Shown one piece after another: positions 23,505 through 32,869 of a DNA stretch of 64,000 bases. The translations under genes were made by a program, and so were the position numbers. The stretch's first letter is position 1. The number at the start of each line of letters is the position of its first letter. The stretch is from an uncultured bacterium (GTDB lineage Bacteria; Verrucomicrobiota; Kiritimatiellia; RFP12; UBA1067): positions 1,049 to 65,048 of the forward strand of contig CADCOC010000010.1 of NCBI GenBank assembly GCA_902802945.1. Reading direction: 5' to 3'. The notes beneath the pieces are model-generated. The model ran no database searches and was not told where the DNA came from. It saw only the letters and a list, made by a program, of their open reading frames with translations.

Positions 23505-26201
23505 ATGACAGCGCGTTATCCATCGTCTATCCGCGAGGAGGAACTGAAGAACAAGGTCGCCGCCGACTTCTTCGGCGCGTTCGACTGCACCCGCATCATC
23601 GGCAACGTGGATTTCTGCGTGGCGGCGAAGCGGAGCGCGCGTCCCGAGTCCCTCTATTGGGCCGAGGCGAAGAATCATCCGACCGATGTCCACCAGATGC
23701 TGGCCCAGCTGATCCTTACGATCGGCAGGGCGGCCAGCCCTCTGGCCGCTGCGGCGGGCGCGGGGCGACAACCCTACCATGCGGACGAACCTCCCAAGTT
23801 CGCCGGATGCTTCGACAACGAGAAGATCGCCTTCGTCGAGTACCACCACATCCTCCCCGTCTTCAACCTCAACGACTTCAACTGGACGCAGACGCCCTCC
23901 GCCGTGGACGGAAAGACCGTCGAGACCGTCCGCGGCGTCGTCCCCTCTGACAAGATCGTCGTGTTCCGCTTCGGCGCGGACGATGCGGAGATCAAGGCGT
24001 TCATCCGCCACAACTTCACGTCCGGCGAAGGCCCCGCACTCGCCACCCCCATCGACCGCAACAACTTCACCTTCATCTACCAGAAGTGGCGCGCCGAGGT
24101 GATGCCGCACATCGACGCTCCGTGGGACGTCCTCAAAAAGAAGTACGCCCTCTACGACCGAGACTTCTTCCTCGCCGAGATGAACGTGGACGACAACGGC
24201 ACGCCCGAGGTCGTGGACGACCGCCCCGCCGAGGACTTCTACATCACCTTCGACGTAAACGACAAGAAGCCGTATTGCATCCATCGCAAGAACGAGGACG
24301 AGTTTGACATCAGCATGTCTTTCGGCTTTAAACCCGACGGACTCTCCGCCTACGCCTCCTTCTGGCGGCGGTACAAGCGCCCGCCCAAGCGCGAATACTG
24401 GGACTTCATCGTCTCTCGCCTCGACCTGCTCGTTCCGCAGGACGTGCGCGAGCGCAAGGGATCTTTCTTCACGCCAGCCATCTGGGTTGAGAAGTCGCAG
24501 CAGTACATCGCCGCCGTGCTTGGTGAGAACTGGCAGGACGAATACTATGTGTGGGACTGTGCGGGCGGTACGGGCAACCTCGAGGTCGGTCTCACGAACA
24601 AGTACCGCGTCTGGGTCTCGACCCTCGACCAGCAGGATGTGGATGTGGTCAAGGAACGGGTAAGGAACGGTGCGAACCTCCTCGAAAGCCACGTGTTTCG
24701 CTTCGACTTCCTCAACGATCCCTTTGACAAGCTGCCGCAGGGGTTGAGGGACATTCTCGCCGATCCAGAAAAGCGTAAACGCCTTGTTGTCTACATTAAC
24801 CCGCCGTACGCTGAGGCGGGGGATGTCCGCCAGCGTTCTGGCACAGGAAAAAACAAAAATGATGTCTCGGTCGTCCATGTCACGTACGACCGTTACTTGG
24901 AGAAGATCGGTATTGCCGGTCGCGAACTTTTTGCGCAGTTTTTCATGCGCATCCATGATGAGATTCCTGGGTGCGTCCTTGCCGAGTTCTCGAAGCTGAA
25001 GCACCTTCAATCTCCCAACTTCAAGGCGTTTCGACAAGCGTTTCGCGGTACGCTCGAAAAGTGTTTCATCGTTCCCGCAGATACTTTCGACAATGTGAAG
25101 GGCGACTTCCCAATCGGTTTCTTCGTGTGGCGGCTAGAGGATCTTGCTTTCGCTACAGGGAGGATAGGAGATTGGGAGGTCGGGAGAGATTGTAAGCAAA
25201 CTCCTAAACTCCAAGTCTCCCAATCTCCCAGCAGCGAAAGCAATTCAACAAATGGCGTGTTCACGTCAACCGTGGCGGACGTGTACGATCGTAAGGGCAA
25301 GTTCATCGGCACGAAGACGATTCTCGCGTATGACGATGTGGCCAACATCGGGAAATGGGTAAACTCTTTTCGCCATGACGACGATGTGCATCTTGGCTTC
25401 ATGAGCAATGGGCGTAACGATTTCCAAAATACTAATCTTGTCTATTTCATTAATGACAGGAATCAATTGTCTACACCGCGAGGTTGGTGGATGACTCCAC
25501 CGAACTTGATTCCAATGTGTATTTTTGTCGCTGTGCGGCATAGCGTAAAGGCAACATGGTTGAATGACCGAGACACTTTTCTTTATCCAAATGACGGATG
25601 GCAGAATGATTTCGGTTTTCAGTCAGATTGCCTTGTGTATACGCTCTTTTCCGATTTCAACGCTATCAAGTCCAAGTATGGTGTCAACCATTGGATCCCG
25701 TTCACGGAGGAAGAGGTGGGGGCGAAGGATTGCTTCGCGAGCCACTTCATGAGTGACTGGCTGGCGGGGCGCGGGGCGGCGGCGCGCACGGGGTGCGCGC
25801 CCTACCAGGGGGACTTGTTCGCGGCAACGGGCGACACGCCCGTTGGCCTTGTGAACGGGCAAGATGCACGTTCCCCCAGTTGTGAAGCGGCGAGAGCGCC
25901 GCTTCCCCGACGGGCGCACCTCGGGGCACTGTCGCTTCCCGCGCGGGCGGTGATGGACGCCGGGCGGGAGTTGTGGCGGTACTACCACGCGCAGCCGGGT
26001 GCGAATCCGAACGCCTCTTACTACGACATCCGCCTGCATTTCCAGGGCGTGAAGCGCACCTCATCCGGCAAGGAACAGATGAACGCCACCTCCGCCGACG
26101 AAACCTACAACAGACTTCTTGCCGCCCTGCGCGCCGCCCACAAGGCCCTTGCCGCGCAGATCGCCCCGAAGGTGTACGAGTATGGGTTTTTGAAGCGTTA
26201 G
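23505..26201 (+). CDS. gamma-class N6-adenine DNA methyltransferase fused to an N-terminal PD-(D/E)xK-like region (MmeI-like type IIG/IIL RM candidate)
   Basis: Methyltransferase motif X GSFFTPAIWV, motif I YVWDCAGGTGNLE and motif IV VVYINPPYAEAG. N-terminal NVDF...YWAEAKNH resembles a D...ExK nuclease motif. 898 aa is close to MmeI size. Confidence 0.65.
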   Translation: MTARYPSSIREEELKNKVAADFFGAFDCTRIIGNVDFCVAAKRSARPESLYWAEAKNHPTDVHQMLAQLILTIGRAASPLAAAAGAGRQPYHADEPPKFAGCFDNEKIAFVEYHHILPVFNLNDFNWTQTPSAVDGKTVETVRGVVPSDKIVVFRFGADDAEIKAFIRHNFTSGEGPALATPIDRNNFTFIYQKWRAEVMPHIDAPWDVLKKKYALYDRDFFLAEMNVDDNGTPEVVDDRPAEDFYITFDVNDKKPYCIHRKNEDEFDISMSFGFKPDGLSAYASFWRRYKRPPKREYWDFIVSRLDLLVPQDVRERKGSFFTPAIWVEKSQQYIAAVLGENWQDEYYVWDCAGGTGNLEVGLTNKYRVWVSTLDQQDVDVVKERVRNGANLLESHVFRFDFLNDPFDKLPQGLRDILADPEKRKRLVVYINPPYAEAGDVRQRSGTGKNKNDVSVVHVTYDRYLEKIGIAGRELFAQFFMRIHDEIPGCVLAEFSKLKHLQSPNFKAFRQAFRGTLEKCFIVPADTFDNVKGDFPIGFFVWRLEDLAFATGRIGDWEVGRDCKQTPKLQVSQSPSSESNSTNGVFTSTVADVYDRKGKFIGTKTILAYDDVANIGKWVNSFRHDDDVHLGFMSNGRNDFQNTNLVYFINDRNQLSTPRGWWMTPPNLIPMCIFVAVRHSVKATWLNDRDTFLYPNDGWQNDFGFQSDCLVYTLFSDFNAIKSKYGVNHWIPFTEEEVGAKDCFASHFMSDWLAGRGAAARTGCAPYQGDLFAATGDTPVGLVNGQDARSPSCEAARAPLPRRAHLGALSLPARAVMDAGRELWRYYHAQPGANPNASYYDIRLHFQGVKRTSSGKEQMNATSADETYNRLLAALRAAHKALAAQIAPKVYEYGFLKR
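25167..25228. repeat. perfect 12-bp inverted repeat with 38-nt spacer inside the methyltransferase ORF
   Basis: GGAGATTGGGAG (25167-25178) pairs with CTCCCAATCTCC (25217-25228). Confidence 0.8.
25781..25940. repeat. ~160-nt in-frame chain of palindromic mini-elements
   Basis: In order: GGCGCGCA-CGGGG-TGCGCGCC+CTACCAGG; AACGGGCG-ACA-CGCCCGTT; ACGGGCA-AGA-TGCACGT; GAAGCGGCG-AGAG-CGCCGCTTC+CCCCGACGG; degenerate ...CACTGTCGCTTCCC. Confidence 0.85.
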
Positions 26202-26253
26202 GGTCCCGACCCGCTAGTGGAGCCATTCTCGCATTGATTTGGGGGTAAAATTT

Positions 26254-26262
26254 TGGTAAAAT
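26254..26262 (+). promoter_or_regulatory. extended -10 box TGgTAAAAT upstream of glgP
   Basis: Sequence tggtaaaat, 28 nt upstream of ATG 26291. GAAGGA lies just before the ATG. Confidence 0.4.
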
Positions 26263-26290
26263 ACTCGCCTCTCTACGGAATAGAAGGAAC

Positions 26291-28765
26291 ATGGAGATGG
26301 AAAACGGCAAGACGGACGACCGCAGGGTCGTCAACACCGTGCAGGGCCTGAAAGAGGACTTTGCATGGCATTTGCGCTATACACTGGCGAAATACGACGG
26401 AAAGTCCACGCCGCGCGACCAGTACACGGCGTTCGCCTACGCGGTGCGCGACCGGCTCGTGGAGCGCTGGATGGAGACGCAGGAGCGTTACCATCGCCAG
26501 AACGAGCGGCGCGTCTACTACCTTTCGCTTGAATTCCTCATCGGGCGTCTGCTCGGCAACAACGTGATCAACCTCAAGCTCGACCGCGAATGCACGGAGG
26601 CGCTGAAGGAATACGGCATCAACTGGAATTCGCTGCGCGACTTCGAGGTGGACGCCGGCCTGGGCAATGGCGGCCTTGGACGGCTTGCGGCGTGCTTCCT
26701 CGACTCGATGTCCACCCTCGACCTCGCCGGCATGGGCTACGGCCTCCGGTACGACTACGGCATCTTCCGCCAGCGCATCGTGGACGGACAGCAGGTTGAG
26801 GAGCCGGACCACTGGCTCAAGGACGGCTATCCGTGGGAGTTCGCGCGTCCCGAGTACGCGCAGATCGTCCAGTTCGGCGGCCGCGTGGAGTACGTGGAGG
26901 ACGGCGGGAAGCCGAAGTGGGTGTGGAAGGGCGCCGAACAGGTGCAGGGCATTCCCTACGACCTGCCCATCGTCGGTTACAAGAACGCCGTCAACACGCT
27001 CCGTCTCTGGAGCGCGAAGGCGGTGGACGAGTTCGACCTCGCGGACTTCAACAAGGGCTCCTACGTGGAGGCGGTCGAGACGAAGGTGCTTGCCGAGAAC
27101 CTCACGAAGGTGCTCTATCCCAACGACAACACGATGGCCGGCAAGGAACTGCGCCTGCGCCAGCAGTACTTCTTCACGCGTTGTTCGCTCGCGGACATCC
27201 TGCGCCGCTTTGTGGAGGACAACGGCTCCTCTGACTGGTCGAAGCTCCCCGACAAGGCGTTCATCCACTTGAACGAGACGCATCCCGCGCTCGTCATCCC
27301 CGAGCTCATGCGCGTGCTCGTGGACGAGGAGGGCGTGGAGTGGGAGCAGGCCTGGGACATCACGTGCCGCACGACCGGCTACACGAACCACACGATCCTC
27401 CCCGAGGCGCTTGAGAAGTGGCCCGTTCCGATGATGGAGCGCCTGCTCCCGCGCCACCTCCAGATCATCTACGAGATCAACGGACGCTTCCTACGCCAGA
27501 TCTCCGCGCTGTTCCCCGGCGACCAGGAACGTCTTTCGCGCATGAGCCTCATCGACGAGGGCGGCGAGCGCTACGTGCGCATGGCCAACCTCGCCATCAT
27601 CGGCTCCTCCAGCGTTAACGGCGTGGCGCAGCTCCACACGCAGATTCTCAAGGACTCCCTCTTCAAGGACTTCTACGAGCTCCTGCCCGACCACTTCCAC
27701 AACGTGACGAACGGCATCACGCCGCGCCGCTGGCTGCTCAAGGCGAACCCGGCGCTCGCGCAGCTCATCACCGACAAGATCGGCGACGGCTGGATCACGC
27801 ACCTCGACGAGCTGAAAAAACTTGAGACATACGCGCAGGACTCGGCGTTCCTCGACTGCCTCACGCGGATCAAGCTCTCGAACAAGCGCGTCCTCTCCAA
27901 CTACGTGGCGCACATGGTCGGCGCGAAGCTCGACCCCGCCGCGATCTTCGACGTGCAGGTGAAGCGCCTCCACGAGTACAAGCGCCAGCTCCTGCTCGCG
28001 CTCTACATCATCATCTTCTACAACCGCCTCCTCAACGACCCGTCCTACGACCCCGTGCCGCGTGCGTTCATCTTCGCGGCCAAGGCCGCGCCGGGCTACT
28101 ACATGGCGAAGCTCATCATCCGTCTCATCCACGGCATCGCCGGCGTCGTGAACGGCAACCCGCGCACGCGCGGCAAGCTCACCGTCGCCTTCCTGCCGGA
28201 CTACCGCGTGTCGCTCGCCGAGAAGATCATGCCCGCAGCGGAGTTGAGCGAGCAGATTTCGCTCGCCGGCACGGAGGCCAGCGGCACGGGCAACATGAAG
28301 TTCATGATCAACGGCGCGCTCACGCTCGGCACGTACGACGGCGCGAACGTGGAGATCAACGAGGAGGTCGGCGACGACAACATGTTCCTCTTCGGACTCC
28401 GCACCGAGGATGTCGCCCGGCTCCGTCCGTCCTACAACTCACGCGATACGTACCGCTCCGACCCGGAGATCCGCCTGGCGCTCGACATGATCCGCCGCAA
28501 CGCGTTCTCCGTGCTCCAGCCGGGCCTCTTCGATCCGATCATCCGCGCGCTGCTGGACTACAACGACTACTACATGCTCCTCGCCGACCTGCGCAGCTAC
28601 TGCGAGGCGCAGGACCGCGTGGATGCGACGTACCGCGATCCGGCGAAGTGGAACGCGATGTCGCTCGTCAACATCGCCCGCTCCGGGCGCTTCTCGAGCG
28701 ACCGCGCCGTGTCGGAGTACGCGCGCGACATCTGGCACGTCGAGCCGGTGAATTTCGGGAACTGA
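26291..28765 (+). CDS. glgP: glycogen / alpha-glucan phosphorylase
   Basis: 824 aa. Pyridoxal-phosphate site EASGTGNMKFMINGALTLGTYDGANVEI, plus LGNGGLGRLAACFLDS. Confidence 0.95.
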   Translation: MEMENGKTDDRRVVNTVQGLKEDFAWHLRYTLAKYDGKSTPRDQYTAFAYAVRDRLVERWMETQERYHRQNERRVYYLSLEFLIGRLLGNNVINLKLDRECTEALKEYGINWNSLRDFEVDAGLGNGGLGRLAACFLDSMSTLDLAGMGYGLRYDYGIFRQRIVDGQQVEEPDHWLKDGYPWEFARPEYAQIVQFGGRVEYVEDGGKPKWVWKGAEQVQGIPYDLPIVGYKNAVNTLRLWSAKAVDEFDLADFNKGSYVEAVETKVLAENLTKVLYPNDNTMAGKELRLRQQYFFTRCSLADILRRFVEDNGSSDWSKLPDKAFIHLNETHPALVIPELMRVLVDEEGVEWEQAWDITCRTTGYTNHTILPEALEKWPVPMMERLLPRHLQIIYEINGRFLRQISALFPGDQERLSRMSLIDEGGERYVRMANLAIIGSSSVNGVAQLHTQILKDSLFKDFYELLPDHFHNVTNGITPRRWLLKANPALAQLITDKIGDGWITHLDELKKLETYAQDSAFLDCLTRIKLSNKRVLSNYVAHMVGAKLDPAAIFDVQVKRLHEYKRQLLLALYIIIFYNRLLNDPSYDPVPRAFIFAAKAAPGYYMAKLIIRLIHGIAGVVNGNPRTRGKLTVAFLPDYRVSLAEKIMPAAELSEQISLAGTEASGTGNMKFMINGALTLGTYDGANVEINEEVGDDNMFLFGLRTEDVARLRPSYNSRDTYRSDPEIRLALDMIRRNAFSVLQPGLFDPIIRALLDYNDYYMLLADLRSYCEAQDRVDATYRDPAKWNAMSLVNIARSGRFSSDRAVSEYARDIWHVEPVNFGN

Positions 28766-28800
28766 ACCAACTAACGTCAACAAGGCAAAAGGGTAACCAA

Positions 28801-31170
28801 ATGAAGAAACTGCTGCTCTGCATGGTGATGGCCGCGTGCGCGGCACACGCCGCGAAGGTGTCGTCCGTTTCCGTGAAGCTGTCGGACGGCGGCGAGGACA
28901 CGGGCGACGTTCTCGCCCGCTGCATGGTGAAGGTCGGCGACGAGTACGACCCGCAGCAGTGCGCGCGGGACGTGCGCACGCTGCGCGACACGAACGAGTT
29001 CGAGGACATCACCGTCAAGGCCAGCCAGGCCGCCGACGGCGTGTCGGTGGTCTACGTCGTCACGCGCAAGAAGCGTTTCCAGGGCCCGCTCAACGTTAAG
29101 GGCAACGACTACTGGGGCGTGGGCAAGATCACCAATCTCTCCGAGCTGCGCGACGGCTACCCGTACGGCGAGGCCGAGATTGCCGCCGCCGCCGGACGCA
29201 TCCGCGACGCCTATCTGCGGAAGTTCTTCCCAGACGTTCGCGTGACGCCCCGCGTTGAGCCTGTCGAGGGTTCCCCGAACGCCGTCAGGATCACGATGGA
29301 GATCGAAGAGGGACCGCGCGTCAAGATGCGCAAGTTCACGTACAAGGGCATTGAGGGCGTCGAGGAGAGCGAACTTAACGAGAGCATCGAGCAGTACCCG
29401 TGGTGGAACCCGATCGGCTGGTTCATTGACACCCCCGCAACGCCCCAGGAACTCGCCGAAGCGCGCGACAAGATCGCCGACCACTACCGCAACCTCGGCT
29501 ATCTCGATGTCTCGGTCTCGCTTCCCGAGGCCGTCCCCGTGGAGGGCGTCTCCAACAAGATCGACCGCGTGTTTACGATCGTCGAGGGCACCCGCTACAA
29601 GGTGGGGAACATGTCGATCACCGGCGTGAAGCAGTATCCTGCGGATGCCGTTCTCGGAGCCGTGAAGGACCTCAAGACGGGCGACATCGCAAGCGCCAAG
29701 GCCTTGGCCGACGCGGCGCACGCAATTGAGGTGTACTGCGGGTCGGGCGAGAAGGCGCTTGCGGATACGCATGTCACCGTGCGCCGAATCCCCACGGAAG
29801 AATATGGCGACACGGTAGACCTCGTGTTCGTCGTCGAGGAGGGTGTGCCCGTGGTGATCCGCAAGGTACTCATCCGCGGCAACGACTATACGAAGGACAA
29901 GGTGATCCGTCGTGAGATCAGTCTCTCGCCGGGCGATCCCATGCTGGCGGATCTCGCCGAGCGCTCAAAGCACCGCCTTGAAAATCTGCACTACTTCAAG
30001 CGCGTTCAGTACTCCCTCGAGAAGGTTGATGGCGGAGAGTCCAAGAACGGCAGTCCTGAGGAGCGCGACCTCGTGTTCGAGGTTGAGGAACAGACCACCG
30101 GCGGTTTCATGGTCGGCATTGGCGCCGGTTCCGAAGATTCGGTGTTCGGTCAGGTTGAGATCCATGAAAACAATTTCGACCTCTTCAACCCCTGGCGCTT
30201 CCGCGGCGGCGGACAGAAGGGCCGAATCCTCGTGCAGGCCGGTCCGCGCATCCAGACATACGAGGCATCCGTCACCGAGCCGTGGCTGTTCGACCGCCAC
30301 CTCGAATTCACCGTTACGGGCTATCGCCGCCAGCGCTGGTTTGACGACTACGACGTTGTCCGCAGCGGCATTGAGGCATCGCTCAGCTATCCCGTACAGT
30401 TCTGGCCCGGCTGGAAGCCATTCGGACGCTTCGGCGTGTCCATCGCGGCCGAGTTCATCCAGATGGAAGATGTCGAGAAGGACCTGCTCTACGCGCATCC
30501 GCACGACGATGAGCCTCGCCGTCTCTTGCGCGAGGAGGAGGACAAGTACGGCGACAGCTGGGAAATCCCGTTCATTGTCTTCTGGCGCAACGACACGCGC
30601 GATGAATTCCTTTTCCCGAAGAAGGGCTATCTCTTCAACATCCACGGCGACATCGTTGGCGGCGACAACTCGTACTGGCGCACCGGCTTCCGCTACCGCC
30701 ACTACTTGACGGTCATCAAGAAGTGGGGGCACGTGCTACAGTGGGGGCTCCGCGGAGAGACGCTCGACGACTTCAGCGGCGGTCTGCCGATCTACGACAG
30801 GCTCTTCCTCGGCGGCTCGCGCTCCATCCGCGGCGTTGACTTCCGCGAAATCGCCCCGCGCGTCTACTCTCGCGAGAACAAGCACGGACACTACGTGCCT
30901 TGGGGCGGCCAGACGAGCTGGTGCGCCACGATGGAGTACTCCGTCCCTGTCGTGAAGATGATCCGCATCGCCGCGTTCACCGACCTCGGCAGCGTCGGTG
31001 AAGACGAGTTCGACCTCGACACCGACTGGTTCTGCTGGTCCGTTGGTCTCGGTCTCCGCCTCGATCTCCCACAGTTCCCGATCCGCCTCGACTTTGCCGT
31101 GCCGGTCGTCGATCCGGACGAGGACGTTGACGAAAAGGTGTTCTCGTTCACGATCGGGTACGATTTCTGA
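28801..31170 (+). CDS. bamA: outer membrane protein assembly factor BamA
   Basis: ATG 28801 with signal peptide MKKLLLCMVMAACAAHA. ~790 aa with a POTRA-length N-terminal region and a beta-barrel ending ...FSFTIGYDF. Followed by skp and lpxD, as in many Gram-negatives. Confidence 0.88.
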   Translation: MKKLLLCMVMAACAAHAAKVSSVSVKLSDGGEDTGDVLARCMVKVGDEYDPQQCARDVRTLRDTNEFEDITVKASQAADGVSVVYVVTRKKRFQGPLNVKGNDYWGVGKITNLSELRDGYPYGEAEIAAAAGRIRDAYLRKFFPDVRVTPRVEPVEGSPNAVRITMEIEEGPRVKMRKFTYKGIEGVEESELNESIEQYPWWNPIGWFIDTPATPQELAEARDKIADHYRNLGYLDVSVSLPEAVPVEGVSNKIDRVFTIVEGTRYKVGNMSITGVKQYPADAVLGAVKDLKTGDIASAKALADAAHAIEVYCGSGEKALADTHVTVRRIPTEEYGDTVDLVFVVEEGVPVVIRKVLIRGNDYTKDKVIRREISLSPGDPMLADLAERSKHRLENLHYFKRVQYSLEKVDGGESKNGSPEERDLVFEVEEQTTGGFMVGIGAGSEDSVFGQVEIHENNFDLFNPWRFRGGGQKGRILVQAGPRIQTYEASVTEPWLFDRHLEFTVTGYRRQRWFDDYDVVRSGIEASLSYPVQFWPGWKPFGRFGVSIAAEFIQMEDVEKDLLYAHPHDDEPRRLLREEEDKYGDSWEIPFIVFWRNDTRDEFLFPKKGYLFNIHGDIVGGDNSYWRTGFRYRHYLTVIKKWGHVLQWGLRGETLDDFSGGLPIYDRLFLGGSRSIRGVDFREIAPRVYSRENKHGHYVPWGGQTSWCATMEYSVPVVKMIRIAAFTDLGSVGEDEFDLDTDWFCWSVGLGLRLDLPQFPIRLDFAVPVVDPDEDVDEKVFSFTIGYDF

Positions 31171-31236
31171 GCTTAGAGCTTAGAGCTTGAAGCTTAGAGA
31201 GCTTGAAGCTGAGAGATTGGAACTTGGAGTTTTGAG
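31169..31236. repeat. degenerate heptamer tandem repeat (GCTTAGA/GCTTGAA) in the bamA-skp spacer
   Basis: Sequence gagcttagagcttagagcttgaagcttagagagcttgaagctgagagattggaacttggag, about 9 units. Confidence 0.7.
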
Positions 31237-31263
31237 AATAAAGTTGAAAGAGAGAAAATTAAA

Positions 31264-31836
31264 ATGAAGAAGATCATGATGCTGGCGGCGATGGCCGCGA
31301 TGATGACGGCAGTGGCCGAGATGAAGGTCGGCACGGTGAATATGGTGGATCTCGTGCGGCTACACCCTGACCACGAGAAGAACCGTGCGCTCGTCAAGAC
31401 GACCGACAGCGACTACAAGGCAAAGCTAGACGCGAAGCAGGACGAGTTGAAGGAGATCGCCGAGGAGGGCAAGAAGGCTCAGGGCGACCTCCAGAACCCG
31501 ATGCTCTCCACCTCTGCTCGCGCGGAGGCCCAGAAGAAGCTAGAGAGCATCCAGCAGCGTTTCCTCACTGGACAGCAGGAAATGCGCCAGATGGCGTCGC
31601 GTTTCCAGGGCGATCTGAGTGATCTGGAGTCGCGTCTCATCAAGCTAGAGACCGACGACATCCGAGAGAAGATCAGATCATACGCGAAGAAGAACGGCTA
31701 CGACTTCATCGCGGACGGAACGCTACTTGCGTTTGTCAAGGAGTCCTACGACGTTACGGACGACATTCTCAAGTCCATGGGCGTTGATCCCGCTAAGCGG
31801 AAAGAAAAGGCGAAGAAAGCCGATGCGGGCAAGTGA
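31264..31836 (+). CDS. skp: OmpH/Skp family periplasmic chaperone
   Basis: Signal peptide, [15 protein letters not shown], a long charged coiled region. 190 aa. Located between bamA and lpxD. Confidence 0.85.
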   Translation: MKKIMMLAAMAAMMTAVAEMKVGTVNMVDLVRLHPDHEKNRALVKTTDSDYKAKLDAKQDELKEIAEEGKKAQGDLQNPMLSTSARAEAQKKLESIQQRFLTGQQEMRQMASRFQGDLSDLESRLIKLETDDIREKIRSYAKKNGYDFIADGTLLAFVKESYDVTDDILKSMGVDPAKRKEKAKKADAGK

Positions 31837-32869
31837 CCTAGCCGCACGGCTCGGCGGTGTCCTCGAGGGGGACGACGTAGAGCTCGCCGCCTGCGCGGGC
31901 CTCGAGGAGGCCCGTCCGGGCGATCTCTCTTTCTGCAAGGACGCGAAACACGTTTCGCTCGTGCAGGCCACGAAGGCGTCCGCGATTCTCCTGCCGCCGG
32001 ACTGGACGCATGGCGCGCCGTGCGCCATCATTCGCGTGGCGGACCCGAACCACGCCTGCATGGCCGCAGCAGAGATCTTCGCCCCGCCCGCCCCCGTGCG
32101 CGCGCCGGGTGTCCACCCCACTGCCATCATCGATCCATCGGTGCGCCTCGGCACGAACGTCCACGTGGGCGCGTACACGATCATCGAGAAGGGTACGGAG
32201 ATCGGCGACGGCTGCGTGATCGAGGCGCAGGTTTTCATCGGCGAGAACTGTACCGTCGGCGCCGGCACGCACATCTATCCGCAGGTGACTCTGCGCGAGG
32301 GCACGAAGCTCGGCAAGGGCGTGATCCTGCACTGCGGCGTACGCCTCGGCGGCGACGGCTACGGCTACAACACGACGATGGAGAACGGCCTTCCGAAGAT
32401 CGAGAAGATTCCGCAGCTCGGCATCGTGGAGCTCGGCGACGGCGTGGAGATAGGGTCGAACACCACAATTGACCGCGCGCGCATCGGTCGTACCTACATC
32501 GGTCCGATGACGAAGATCGACAACCTCGTGCAGATCGGACACAACGTGAAGGTGGCGGGCTACTCCGGCATCATCGCGCAGGCCGGCGTGGCTGGTTCCA
32601 CGCAGATCGGAACGGGCTGCCTCATCTGGGCGCAGGCAGGCATTTCTGGGCACATCAAGATCGCGGACGGCGTGCAGGTGGGTCCTCAGGCGGGCGTGCC
32701 GCAGTCGCTAGACGGCAGCGAGAAGTACGTAGTGGGCACTCCCGCCACGTCGCTCAAGAACGTCGCGGCCATCACCCTCGCGCCGAAGATGATCATGAAG
32801 CTCCGCCAGGACGTCAAGGCCCTCAAGCAGGACGTCGCGAAACTCGCCGGCACGACAGGGCCTGCATGA
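31823..32869 (+). CDS. lpxD: UDP-3-O-(3-hydroxyacyl)glucosamine N-acyltransferase
   Basis: ATG 31823 ([18 protein letters not shown]). Left-handed beta-helix hexapeptide repeats ([26 protein letters not shown]...). Synteny with bamA-skp. Confidence 0.88.
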   Translation: MRASDLAARLGGVLEGDDVELAACAGLEEARPGDLSFCKDAKHVSLVQATKASAILLPPDWTHGAPCAIIRVADPNHACMAAAEIFAPPAPVRAPGVHPTAIIDPSVRLGTNVHVGAYTIIEKGTEIGDGCVIEAQVFIGENCTVGAGTHIYPQVTLREGTKLGKGVILHCGVRLGGDGYGYNTTMENGLPKIEKIPQLGIVELGDGVEIGSNTTIDRARIGRTYIGPMTKIDNLVQIGHNVKVAGYSGIIAQAGVAGSTQIGTGCLIWAQAGISGHIKIADGVQVGPQAGVPQSLDGSEKYVVGTPATSLKNVAAITLAPKMIMKLRQDVKALKQDVAKLAGTTGPA

